Source: a virus
Lineage: Duplodnaviria > Caudoviricetes
Reading direction: 5' to 3' (one strand)
Length of the DNA: 64,000 bases
Virus record (IMG/VR): IMGVR_UViG_3300034073_002120
In this document: positions 46,963 through 56,151 of the stretch, piece after piece
How positions within the stretch are numbered: position 1 is the stretch's first letter
Layout of the letters: each line of letters begins with the position of its first letter
Notes under the pieces: generated by a model
The model's database searches: none
Told to the model about the DNA's origin: nothing
The model's input: the letters and a program-made list of their open reading frames with translations, nothing else
Made by a program: the position numbers and the translations under genes

Positions 46963-48429
46963 TTATAGTTTTACATTTATCATTTTTGCTTGAGGAGTTA
47001 ATTGATTAATAGAAATCAATTCATATTCTAATTGAGTAATTCCATCAGATTTATAATCCCAATTACCTTGTTGCATTTGTAAAACATATCGTCTTTCATT
47101 TCGAGCAGTTGTTTCTCCCTTTGCCCATTTATCAACTCCACCAACTTTTATCAATCCTTCATCTTTATGAGGTAAACAACGTAATCTACCTGGTCTTCTA
47201 TGTGGAATTATAGTGTATGGTATTTCTATTTTTTCCATAACCGATTGACAACGTTTAATATCACCATTAATTCCGTTTCCACTAAAATCAATTGCAACAT
47301 TTGGTGAATCTATTTGTGTTGGATGGTTAAAATCATAATGTAAAGTTAAACCATTTGATGGAAAACTTTTATGTAAATTTTTAATTTCTTCTGATGACAA
47401 AGCACGATTCCAAAATTTTATATTTGCTATATCACCTTTAAACCATTTATTTGGTTGTCCTTTTCCTACGGATGTTGTTGTTCCGATATAGTAATCATCC
47501 AATCCATAACTTTTTAAACGATTTTCATAATGTAGTGGTGATTCAGTACCAGTTCCATGTCTTGCATCACTTTCTTTACCATTTAAATAAAAGTGAATAT
47601 TTTGATTTGCAGAATCTACTGATAAGGTTACCCAACTCCACTGGTTTTCATAACGTTTTATCCACTGGTATAGATGTTTTTGCTCAGAATCCCAAAGTTG
47701 TGCGGTATATGCTCTACTATTGTTATATGATAATCCGTAATCGTATCCTGGTCTTCGTATAATAGGGTATTCACAAAATCGTCTTTCAGTATCACCCACT
47801 AACCAAATAGGAACTTTTTCTTCTTGTTGATTTGCACGAACTAAAACTGAAATTGTGTGTGAACGTGATGTTAGATTTCTAAGTGTATTATGTTTTTCAA
47901 TTTTAATATGTGATATTCTTCCATCAAAATGTAAAAATGATTGAGGTGTTTGTGTATATTCCATATAAGAATCGTTTGCATAACCTTCTAACACACATCT
48001 CCAAAATAAATCATCATCTTCCATACCCCAATCCCAATAATCATTAGAGTATCCATTTGTTCGTTCTACTTGTTCTTTGGAGAATATTACTGCACCACCA
48101 AAATACTCTTCGTATTTCAACTTATAATCCATTTGAGAGATATTCGTAGCGATGTGTATAGGATGTTCTTTTGGAAATGAATAATCACATCCTTCTTCTG
48201 GTATCATATCAATATCATGCCAAACTATATAATCACACCCATCTTCAAATGCGTGTTTAGCTGCAACGTTTTTCATTGCACCTCTATTAAATAATTTATC
48301 ATCAGTTTGATGACCAAAATATATACAAAAATCAATACCTTGTTCTGTTAAATATTTACTAACAGCCGGTATAAATTCTTTTAAATGTTCTTCTCTATTT
48401 CTATATGGTACGCAAACTCCTAATTTCAT
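46963..48429 (-). CDS. GT7-like (beta-1,4-galactosyltransferase-like) glycosyltransferase with inserted LamG-like domain
   Basis: VPYRNR, FNRG, HDIDM, YFGG and GYSNDYWDWGMEDDD; insert W.WVTL...FYLNG...IG...FKGDIANIKFWNRALS; tail RR.G...CL.H. Confidence 0.8.
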   Translation of the reverse strand: MKLGVCVPYRNREEHLKEFIPAVSKYLTEQGIDFCIYFGHQTDDKLFNRGAMKNVAAKHAFEDGCDYIVWHDIDMIPEEGCDYSFPKEHPIHIATNISQMDYKLKYEEYFGGAVIFSKEQVERTNGYSNDYWDWGMEDDDLFWRCVLEGYANDSYMEYTQTPQSFLHFDGRISHIKIEKHNTLRNLTSRSHTISVLVRANQQEEKVPIWLVGDTERRFCEYPIIRRPGYDYGLSYNNSRAYTAQLWDSEQKHLYQWIKRYENQWSWVTLSVDSANQNIHFYLNGKESDARHGTGTESPLHYENRLKSYGLDDYYIGTTTSVGKGQPNKWFKGDIANIKFWNRALSSEEIKNLHKSFPSNGLTLHYDFNHPTQIDSPNVAIDFSGNGINGDIKRCQSVMEKIEIPYTIIPHRRPGRLRCLPHKDEGLIKVGGVDKWAKGETTARNERRYVLQMQQGNWDYKSDGITQLEYELISINQLTPQAKMINVKL

Positions 48430-49859
48430 TATATACCAACATTTATTATTTGAATTTTATCACTCACTCTTTCTATACCATATTCAATAAATTCAAGAGT
48501 GTTTAACCCATCATTATATATTAATTCGTGATGTTCGTTTACTTCATTTGTAAATCTAAGTTGATTCCAACGCGTTGATTGGTCTTTCCATTTATTTCCA
48601 ATAAATCCATTTTCTTCATGTTTGAGTGATTTAAAAAGAGATTCTCTTCGTTTTGGTACATCAAATTCGATAGTATCTTCAACATCCATTTCAATTATTT
48701 CACAATTAACAATTTCACCCATATTATCATTATATGATAAATCAATTAATTTATAATCACGACAATATGATGATTCATAATATAATTTTAAATTATCTGC
48801 AGATTTATATTCAGCAAAATTTACATTTAAAAGATTATTTTTATTATTAACTATTTCTAATATCTCCGTTTCATTCAACGTTTTATTGAAACATGCAAAA
48901 TACTCAAAATACCCCTTAAACCAATTTGGAATTATTTCTCTATCTGGATTACCTACTCCTAAGTAAATAAATTCTTCTTTTGTATATTTTGTATAAAATT
49001 TTCTAATAATTTCGGTTTCACCTATAAGAACACCATCTTGATACATTTTTATTGTTTTCGATGTGTTGTTATATGTAAGTGTTATATTAGTTCTATATGT
49101 TGGTTTAATTTCGGAATTTAAATATATTGCTTTTTTAGTAGAATCAAATACACAAAAATTATAACGATTAAACGATGTGTATGAAATAGCAAAATCATAA
49201 CCAGGAACACTAAAAATGGAATATTCATCCGATGGTTTAGTGTGGTCAAATTTTAAATCGGTTGGTTCAAAACAAACAGTTATAGAAAAATCATCAGTAA
49301 AATCTATTGTATTTTTTGCTTTAACTAAAGCATTATTTCCATTAAATTTTAATACTTGTTTATTTTTTGTAATGTTTTTAATATATTTTTTTGCAAGTGG
49401 AATATTGTGAAGTTTACATCTTAAAAATAAATCATCATCTTCATATCCCCAACCCCAATATTTGTTAGAATATCCATTAATTCTTTCAAAATCATCGACT
49501 GGGAACATTGTCACTCCACCGAAATATTGGTCAAATATTACTCTATGGTCTGATTTATTTTCAAATTCAAAATTTGTAGCAAGATGTATTGGAGAATCAG
49601 TTGGAGTGTAATCTGCATAGATAGGAAGCATATCTACATCGTGGAAAATTACATAATTACATCGTTGTTTTTTAGCATAACTAAATCCGATATTAAGTAA
49701 CATTCCACGATTAAATAATTTTGCATCATCTTGCTGAACAATTATTATTCTATAATCAATATGTGAATTTCTTCTAAAATATCGAGTTATATTTTTTTTA
49801 AATTCTTTTAAGTGTTCAGGTCGATTACGATATGGAACTATTATTCCAAGTCTATCCAT
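48429..49859 (-). CDS. Second GT7-like glycosyltransferase with inserted LamG-like domain
   Basis: IVPYRNR, FNRGMLLNIGF, FHDVDM and GYSNKYWGWGYEDDD; insert F.GNN...MYQDGVLIG...YLGVG...FKGYF...FNKTLN. Confidence 0.8.
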   Translation of the reverse strand: MDRLGIIVPYRNRPEHLKEFKKNITRYFRRNSHIDYRIIIVQQDDAKLFNRGMLLNIGFSYAKKQRCNYVIFHDVDMLPIYADYTPTDSPIHLATNFEFENKSDHRVIFDQYFGGVTMFPVDDFERINGYSNKYWGWGYEDDDLFLRCKLHNIPLAKKYIKNITKNKQVLKFNGNNALVKAKNTIDFTDDFSITVCFEPTDLKFDHTKPSDEYSIFSVPGYDFAISYTSFNRYNFCVFDSTKKAIYLNSEIKPTYRTNITLTYNNTSKTIKMYQDGVLIGETEIIRKFYTKYTKEEFIYLGVGNPDREIIPNWFKGYFEYFACFNKTLNETEILEIVNNKNNLLNVNFAEYKSADNLKLYYESSYCRDYKLIDLSYNDNMGEIVNCEIIEMDVEDTIEFDVPKRRESLFKSLKHEENGFIGNKWKDQSTRWNQLRFTNEVNEHHELIYNDGLNTLEFIEYGIERVSDKIQIINVGI

Positions 49860-49870
49860 TCTAAAATATA

Positions 49871-50062
49871 TTATTTACCTTCATCAATATATTTCTTCTT
49901 CCACTCATATAGATAGTGTTCTATTCTTGGACCCCACTCATCTTTATCGATTTCTTCAAACCATAAAGTAAGTGCATCTAATGAATTACCTATCTTTTCT
50001 AAAGCTTTAACTTTACGTTCTTCAAGCAATTGAGATGCTTCGTTTTGTGTTTTATCTGCCAT
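49871..50062 (-). CDS. Small hypothetical protein
   Basis: ORF track. It has its own upstream TATTTATA motif. Confidence 0.6.
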   Translation of the reverse strand: MADKTQNEASQLLEERKVKALEKIGNSLDALTLWFEEIDKDEWGPRIEHYLYEWKKKYIDEGK

Positions 50063-50096
50063 AACTTATTTGTTTGTATATATAAATATATTTTTT

Positions 50097-50945
50097 TTAT
50101 ATTTTGGTTATTATTTTACTCAATCGATTCCAATATGTATAATCGAAAAAATTACTTTTTGTATTCGTCATTTTTTCAATAAAAAACTTAGAATTTTCAA
50201 CATCTATTTTAAAATCGTTTGATTCTATTTCATTATACATTAGTTCATATTCGGATGAAAATGCATATTCTTTTTTAACATCTGCAACTTGTTTTATTCT
50301 ATCTACACAAGTAGAATCCCATTTAAAATGATGTACTTGTATTAATCCATCACCTCTACCAACTGGATAACGTTTTGGATGTGATGTACCCCAACTATTT
50401 TTCCCATCCTCTACAATTGCATAATGTTGACCAGGGGTTACATCAACATATCCTTTCATTATACAAACTTTATTAGGACAAGCCCCACTTAGTGGATGTC
50501 TAAAAAATCCAGCAAGTGGAAACTTTTCCCAAATATTAGAGTCTTTCTCAACGATTGGAAATTCTCCATTTTCTCCTATCCTATCTATGAATCCACCAGT
50601 TATAAAATCCCAACCATTTTCTTCGCATTCTGAAATAAGTTCTTTGATTGGTTTTGGATAAATGTGAAATTCATCATCGTCTGAAACTACCCACCATTCG
50701 TTTGGTTTGGTTCGTTTAATTTCGTTATATAATTCGGTTACTTTTTCCCAATTGAATTTTGGTTCAGTAACTACTTTAATTGGCGTAATTCCTAATTTTT
50801 TAACTTCATCTAATATACCATCGGTTTCTGTCTGTCTATAAACAACGACGTGTATTTCATCAACTAATGGTTTGTAATGATTAATCATATGACCCAACAT
50901 AGTTGTGTTATGACCTACTACTGTAACTAAATTTATTTTTGACAT
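50097..50945 (-). CDS. GT-A fold glycosyltransferase (GT2-like)
   Basis: WWVVSDDDEF (DxDE), GFIDR, NKV, GQH and HHFKW. Confidence 0.7.
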   Translation of the reverse strand: MSKINLVTVVGHNTTMLGHMINHYKPLVDEIHVVVYRQTETDGILDEVKKLGITPIKVVTEPKFNWEKVTELYNEIKRTKPNEWWVVSDDDEFHIYPKPIKELISECEENGWDFITGGFIDRIGENGEFPIVEKDSNIWEKFPLAGFFRHPLSGACPNKVCIMKGYVDVTPGQHYAIVEDGKNSWGTSHPKRYPVGRGDGLIQVHHFKWDSTCVDRIKQVADVKKEYAFSSEYELMYNEIESNDFKIDVENSKFFIEKMTNTKSNFFDYTYWNRLSKIITKI

Positions 50946-51703
50946 CTTCTAACTAAAGTTAATCCGGTTGATGCTGGTTTATTTTTTTGAATTCCAAAAT
51001 TGAAAAGGTCAAATACTTCCCAATCTGAATTATCTTTAAGTTCTTTTGTGAATTTAATTGGGCCGTACCAATCATCAAAATCACCTCTATCTTTTACTTC
51101 ATCCGTAACGATGTAACTATCTGCATAATTTGGGTCGGTATCGTGAATTGAAATAATGGCGTTTGGAGAAAGTATTTGTGAATATAACTCAAAATCTTCT
51201 TTTACATTTTCATATGAATGTCCTGCATCTATATGTAAATAATCAATCTTAATATCGTTCAATACAAAGAAATTATGAAAGGCAGCTGCAGTTGTACTAC
51301 CAATAATACGTGGACAGAAAAAACGTCTAAAAAAAGATTCTTCTCTGAACCAATCTACATTACCTCCGATTCCATTCATTGCATCAACAACATAAGTAAC
51401 ACCAATATCACCCCAACTATAATCAGGGTTTCCATCAAATATTCCTTGTTGATGTAAATCGTATCTAGCTTGTGTCATTAATCTCGGAATAAATCCACCA
51501 CCACTACCTAAACATACACAAGTTTTTGCTCTCATATATTGTATAAGAGAATATACAATTAAACCGTCTCCCAAATGTAAATCAGTAGCACCATGTGACC
51601 AACGATATGGAACTGGCCTAACTTCTACTTCATGTGATTCGTTAAACTCCTGATTATTTGTCAGATTGTTTTTTAAGTATTCTAAATCTTGTAATGAAAC
51701 CAT
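50933..51703 (-). CDS. Class I SAM-dependent methyltransferase (Methyltransf_24-like)
   Basis: VCLGSGGGF, IDYLHIDAGHSYENVKEDF and ISIHDT. Confidence 0.85.
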   Translation of the reverse strand: MVSLQDLEYLKNNLTNNQEFNESHEVEVRPVPYRWSHGATDLHLGDGLIVYSLIQYMRAKTCVCLGSGGGFIPRLMTQARYDLHQQGIFDGNPDYSWGDIGVTYVVDAMNGIGGNVDWFREESFFRRFFCPRIIGSTTAAAFHNFFVLNDIKIDYLHIDAGHSYENVKEDFELYSQILSPNAIISIHDTDPNYADSYIVTDEVKDRGDFDDWYGPIKFTKELKDNSDWEVFDLFNFGIQKNKPASTGLTLVRRCQK

Positions 51704-51895
51704 AAACGAATTGTATTTTCCGAAATTACGGAGGTATGCTTAGATAAGCTTTATATAAAGTATAATATTAATAAAATAGTATAAGTTATAGTGTAGTAGT
51801 TAGTAGCTTTGTAGCTAATCCCCCTACCCCCTTTGTATATAAATATATAAAAATATACAAAACGTAAAAAAAAGTGAAAAAATAAATATTTGGAA

Positions 51896-52933
51896 TTATG
51901 ATAAAATTGCTGTACGGACTTTATCAATCCACTCCTCTTTATTATCAAATTTTTGCATATATTTTTTAAGATTTGACCAATTTTGGAATCGTTCTTCTTG
52001 TGAATCTTTTAATATTTGTTTTACACATTCATCGAACTCATTTTTAGTTGAAACTCTATATTTGTATTCAATTTCCGGTGCCCAATCTTTATTAATTATA
52101 GGTAATTTACCATAATCTACTGCCTGAAATATTGAATAACCAAATGGTTCTTTGAAATAAGCACCATGAAATATACCCCAATTTTTTAACATAAAAAAAT
52201 GATGAATAGTAGGGTCCCACTGAAATAAATCGATTCCATTTAACGAATATGTTGTAGTATCTCTTAAATTTTTTACATCAAATTGGTTAGTTAATACATA
52301 ACCTTTATGGTCATTCATCCAATGCAAACATTTACGTGATTCAGCACGAGATGCAAATCCAATTTTACCATTATCTATGTGAGTTGTAAGTGGTATATTA
52401 TTTTTGAATTCGTAAAAATTTGGAACGTTGTATGTGTAATTTGGAAATTCATCGATTAATTGAGTTTTATTATTTCCAATCCATATTCTTCGTTTAAATG
52501 TAGCTAGATATTCATCATAAAATTCTACATCTACTTTTGTTCCAAATTGTAATCGATTTATTTCTGGATTATTATCAATAACTTCTACCATTTCTCTAGC
52601 ATAAGCATGAACAAAAACTGTTCCAAATTTATCTTCCCAATGCCAAAGATGTGGACGATTGTGGTAATGTGGATGTAGAACATGAATTACTTCACTCTCT
52701 TCTAACCAACGATTTGTTTTTTCAGTATCATCGTAATGAAAATGAAATTGTAATCCTTTTGGTAAAGATTTTTCTTCAAAATTAATAGGTCTTTTAGAAT
52801 CGATTAATAATCTCCATTCCTTTTTTACAGGTAGAGTAGGCCAAACTAATTCTAAAAAATAATTAGTCCATATATCAGACCCACCTTGTATAGTGTTTCC
52901 TGCACCAGTTGTAACTAATAGTTTATACCCCAT
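51896..52933 (-). CDS. GT-B fold glycosyltransferase (GT4-like)
   Basis: IGFASRAESRK and EPFGYSIFQAVDYGKLPII (variant of ExFGxxxxEAxxxGxPvI). Confidence 0.7.
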   Translation of the reverse strand: MGYKLLVTTGAGNTIQGGSDIWTNYFLELVWPTLPVKKEWRLLIDSKRPINFEEKSLPKGLQFHFHYDDTEKTNRWLEESEVIHVLHPHYHNRPHLWHWEDKFGTVFVHAYAREMVEVIDNNPEINRLQFGTKVDVEFYDEYLATFKRRIWIGNNKTQLIDEFPNYTYNVPNFYEFKNNIPLTTHIDNGKIGFASRAESRKCLHWMNDHKGYVLTNQFDVKNLRDTTTYSLNGIDLFQWDPTIHHFFMLKNWGIFHGAYFKEPFGYSIFQAVDYGKLPIINKDWAPEIEYKYRVSTKNEFDECVKQILKDSQEERFQNWSNLKKYMQKFDNKEEWIDKVRTAILS

Positions 52934-52957
52934 ATATATAAATATATTATTTATACA

Positions 52958-53983
52958 TTATTCAAAAATAGCAGAAGCACAATTTCTACATATTGTATTA
53001 TATGATTCTTCCACTTTTTTTATATGCTCATCAGTTCCCCAAAAATCTTTTAATGTTTGTGTTTTAAAATCACCAAATTGTACTTCCATATCATAATCAT
53101 TGCAGCATAGAAATGCTTTACCTGCTGCATTTACATGAATCCATCCAACCGGTCTTCCACCAACCTCCCTACCATTACCACAGCCAATTACTTTTTTAGT
53201 CTCATCTCCTCCTTGTAAATTTCGTTTTATTGCTTTTTTATTAGTCATTATATTATCTAATAAACCGGCTCTATCAATTAAGGATGGCACATCGAATATT
53301 TGCAAACCAGGAAATAATTCTCTTGCTTTATTTGTTTGGGTTCGTAATTCACCGGTATTTGGGTCTAAATCCATATCGATGGGAAATTCTGGTCCTTTAT
53401 CTAACCAACCACCTCTATCACTAAAAGAATATTCGTTAGAACCATTTACCTGAATTGAAAATGATTTATTCTGAACCATGTCAGATAATTTTTCCATTGC
53501 GTATTTTACATTTGAAATTAGTTTATCAAATTGTTTAATATTAATGCCACTTCTCAAACTCCAAATATCAGGTTCAAATGCTGGAATATTCAAACATATA
53601 CCATTTACTACGCCCTTATATTTTACAATTAAATCTATTTTTTCGGAAGTCAAAGGAACTCCATTAGATAATACCATAAAACACAATCTATATTTCTGAC
53701 ATATTTTTAATAATTCTTCAAAATGTGGATATAATAAAATTTCATTATAATGTGCCGTATAAAATCCTCCAAAATTTTTGTGAACTAAGCCATCTGGTTT
53801 TTCTCTTTCATCTATTAGATTTTTAATTATTTTTTCTAATAATTCAGGACTCATCACTTCTTTACCATTTGTTGGATTACCTTTGTATTTTACCGGACAA
53901 AACCAACATTTTGCATTACATACTCCATATGGGTCTAATTGCATTTGATGGATTTTATAAGTTTGAAATTGCTCTTTTACCAT
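52958..53983 (-). CDS. Radical SAM protein with C-terminal SPASM-like domain; likely start ATG 53983
   Basis: CNAKCWFC, HYNEILL, SNG and FLCCNDY...G...C..C. TAATG coupling to the upstream gene. Confidence 0.85.
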   Translation of the reverse strand: MVKEQFQTYKIHQMQLDPYGVCNAKCWFCPVKYKGNPTNGKEVMSPELLEKIIKNLIDEREKPDGLVHKNFGGFYTAHYNEILLYPHFEELLKICQKYRLCFMVLSNGVPLTSEKIDLIVKYKGVVNGICLNIPAFEPDIWSLRSGINIKQFDKLISNVKYAMEKLSDMVQNKSFSIQVNGSNEYSFSDRGGWLDKGPEFPIDMDLDPNTGELRTQTNKARELFPGLQIFDVPSLIDRAGLLDNIMTNKKAIKRNLQGGDETKKVIGCGNGREVGGRPVGWIHVNAAGKAFLCCNDYDMEVQFGDFKTQTLKDFWGTDEHIKKVEESYNTICRNCASAIFE

Positions 53984-54960
53984 TATACTAATATTGATTT
54001 TTTTCCTACTTTTTGAATAAGTTGCCAATATTCATATGATGTAGTTCCTTCATTTATATTAATAGTTGCACCATATGGTAATTTATCCGTAAAATCTGAT
54101 TTATAAAATAATCCAGATGTTGAATTGACAACTCCTGCATTATGAAATATATTACATTCATCCCAAAGTTTATCTGCAGATGTACCCCAACTAAATTCTA
54201 AGTTTTCATGACAGATAGTTTCATATCCAAGTTTCCAACCATTCCACAAAACTGCCCACATATCTGCACACCATATTTGCAATGGATGATATGGAATTCG
54301 CTTTGGTGAATCAAGTGAATGGGTATGTCTATCTAATTGAATTTTTTCGTTATTTAATTCCGTTATATTGAAAAATAAATTTTCAGAATCGTCTTCTACT
54401 TTTTGCCAATAGTTTTCATCAATTCCCTTCATTATATATTGTGCCCCGATTGCGTTTAATTCGTTAGATTTGACTATCTCTTTATCTATGTCTACAATTT
54501 CACACATCTTATCTAATACATCTTCACCTTTACTGATAATGTAATCGTGTCCAATATACCAACGTGTATCACTACCATACCATTTTTCATCATCAATCAT
54601 TTCATCTGTAATCCATTCAGAAATTGGGTTTGTAAAAACTATATCACAATCATGATAGAAGATAGTTTCTTCTTTTAATTCTGGTCTATTTTTCCAATGC
54701 TGTTTTAATGCATTTGGTCTACTAGATGAAATATAATTTTTAGTTGTTCTAATATCATTATAAAAAAAGAATCTAACGTAATTATACTTTCCAGCTAGTT
54801 TAATCCATTCATCTGATATTAAGTCATTTTGTTTTATCCCAATAATATCTATATTATTTGGGTTTACTCCCATTTCTATAAAATTATGTATCATAACTTC
54901 AACCTGCCATGCGTAATAAAAAATAGCAGGTTGTGCACAAACAAAACGTAAATTTTTCAT
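53983..54960 (-). CDS. Putative peptide O-glycosyltransferase resembling plant HPAT (GT95) / SERGT (GT96)
   Basis: YYAWQVEVMIH, NYISSSRPNAL, FYHDCDIVFTNP, WCADMWA and IFH match, in order, the HPAT motifs YxxWQxxxM, Y...NRP, ExDHxFxxP, WxxEMY and IHY as I recall them. Confidence 0.6.
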   Translation of the reverse strand: MKNLRFVCAQPAIFYYAWQVEVMIHNFIEMGVNPNNIDIIGIKQNDLISDEWIKLAGKYNYVRFFFYNDIRTTKNYISSSRPNALKQHWKNRPELKEETIFYHDCDIVFTNPISEWITDEMIDDEKWYGSDTRWYIGHDYIISKGEDVLDKMCEIVDIDKEIVKSNELNAIGAQYIMKGIDENYWQKVEDDSENLFFNITELNNEKIQLDRHTHSLDSPKRIPYHPLQIWCADMWAVLWNGWKLGYETICHENLEFSWGTSADKLWDECNIFHNAGVVNSTSGLFYKSDFTDKLPYGATININEGTTSYEYWQLIQKVGKKSILV

Positions 54961-54972
54961 ATTTAATTATTT

Positions 54973-56151
54973 TTAAAGAATATCACATGCACCTCCTGAT
55001 GTGAAACGTCCACTTGAATTAATTGTTCCATATACTGCTCCATCTGAATATGTTGCTCCACCACCATCGAATGGTGAACCATCATAATTGTAGTAGAATC
55101 TACCACTTATCAATTCAGAATATAAATTTGAATATACTGTTGTACTATATGAACCATATTGTGCATCTGAACAAGCACTTCCACCTGAACCTGTACTACC
55201 TTGTGCAATATTAATTGAGTAATTCCATCCACTAGGTGCTTCAGTTGTTGTAGTAGTTGTAGTTGTAGTTGTTGCAGGTGCAACATAACAACTTAATGTA
55301 GTTGATTTTTCGGTATAATTACCAACACTATCCGTCAATCTAACCCACCAAGTTCCATCACTTAATGATGACCAATATTTAGATGATGCACCTCCTAATA
55401 TTTCAGGTTCTGCGTATGATAATGCAGCCTGAGAATCTGCAATTCTAACTTGACTATAAGAACCATTACCACCAGAGAAATTATATATCGTTACAGTGCC
55501 ATTGTAACCAGATGCATCTGGACAACTACTAGCTATTCCAAAATTAACTGCTGATAGTGTTGTAGTTGTTGTTGTAGTTGTTGTTGTAGTTGTTGTAGTA
55601 CATCCTGTAACTAATACACTTCTCATAGAAGTTCTACCACCATCATCTGCTAAAATAATATAATAAGTTTGACCGTTTGTTAAACCAGTAAAATCATAAT
55701 TTGATGTATTAAATGGAATAGTAATAGGACTACTTATAGAAGTATTTGCTTCAGTAGTTCCAATTTTAACATACGACCAACTATTATTACCACCACCAAA
55801 ATTATTTATTCGTATTGTACCTGTATCTCCGGTACATTCTAATAAAAATGCATTGAATGTAATTGCACCAAATGTTGTAGTAGTAGTTGTAGTAGTAGTT
55901 GTAGTTGTCGTAGTGGTAGTAGTAGTTGTAGGTGCAGCAGTAGTCGTTGTTGTAGTTGTTGGTGCGGTAGTAGTCGTTGTTGTAGTTGCACCACCTACAC
56001 TTCTTCCTCTAAACTCATCCATACCATGTGGTTTTGATGAAATACCATATGCAATTGCAGCAGTATCCATATCAATCTGAGCAGTAGCTGTTATTCCTCT
56101 ATCTGTATTAAAATCTCTAAATGATATTTCGCCGGTTGATGGAAGTGCCAT
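54973..56151 (-). CDS. Mucin-like poly-Thr virion-associated protein with two SprB-like repeats
   Basis: N-terminal MALPSTGEISF.DFN.D.G motif typical of fibre-accessory proteins. It has three poly-Thr regions and is coupled by TAATG to the tail gene. Confidence 0.7.
   Translation of the reverse strand: MALPSTGEISFRDFNTDRGITATAQIDMDTAAIAYGISSKPHGMDEFRGRSVGGATTTTTTTAPTTTTTTTAAPTTTTTTTTTTTTTTTTTTTFGAITFNAFLLECTGDTGTIRINNFGGGNNSWSYVKIGTTEANTSISSPITIPFNTSNYDFTGLTNGQTYYIILADDGGRTSMRSVLVTGCTTTTTTTTTTTTTTLSAVNFGIASSCPDASGYNGTVTIYNFSGGNGSYSQVRIADSQAALSYAEPEILGGASSKYWSSLSDGTWWVRLTDSVGNYTEKSTTLSCYVAPATTTTTTTTTTEAPSGWNYSINIAQGSTGSGGSACSDAQYGSYSTTVYSNLYSELISGRFYYNYDGSPFDGGGATYSDGAVYGTINSSGRFTSGGACDIL
55243..55986. 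repeat. Three ACN-codon (poly-Thr) tracts: 55243-55272, 55558-55599 and 55873-55986
   Basis: The plus strand has tgt/agt/cgt/ggt triplet runs with mixed synonymous codons. Confidence 0.95.

Noticed and set aside
51860-51920. Plus-strand aaagtg...atatttggaa resembling the early promoter's upstream half
   Set aside because: The position 20 nt downstream reads TACGGACT, not TAnnTT(A/T)G, and there is no plus-strand gene to drive.
51751-51948. 65-aa minus-strand ORF
   Set aside because: It has low-complexity Ile/Tyr/Phe content typical of AT-rich intergenic DNA, overlaps the GT4 gene end and spans a promoter-like motif.
55853-56080. Poly-Val plus-strand ORF
   Set aside because: It is the antisense reading of the poly-Thr codons.
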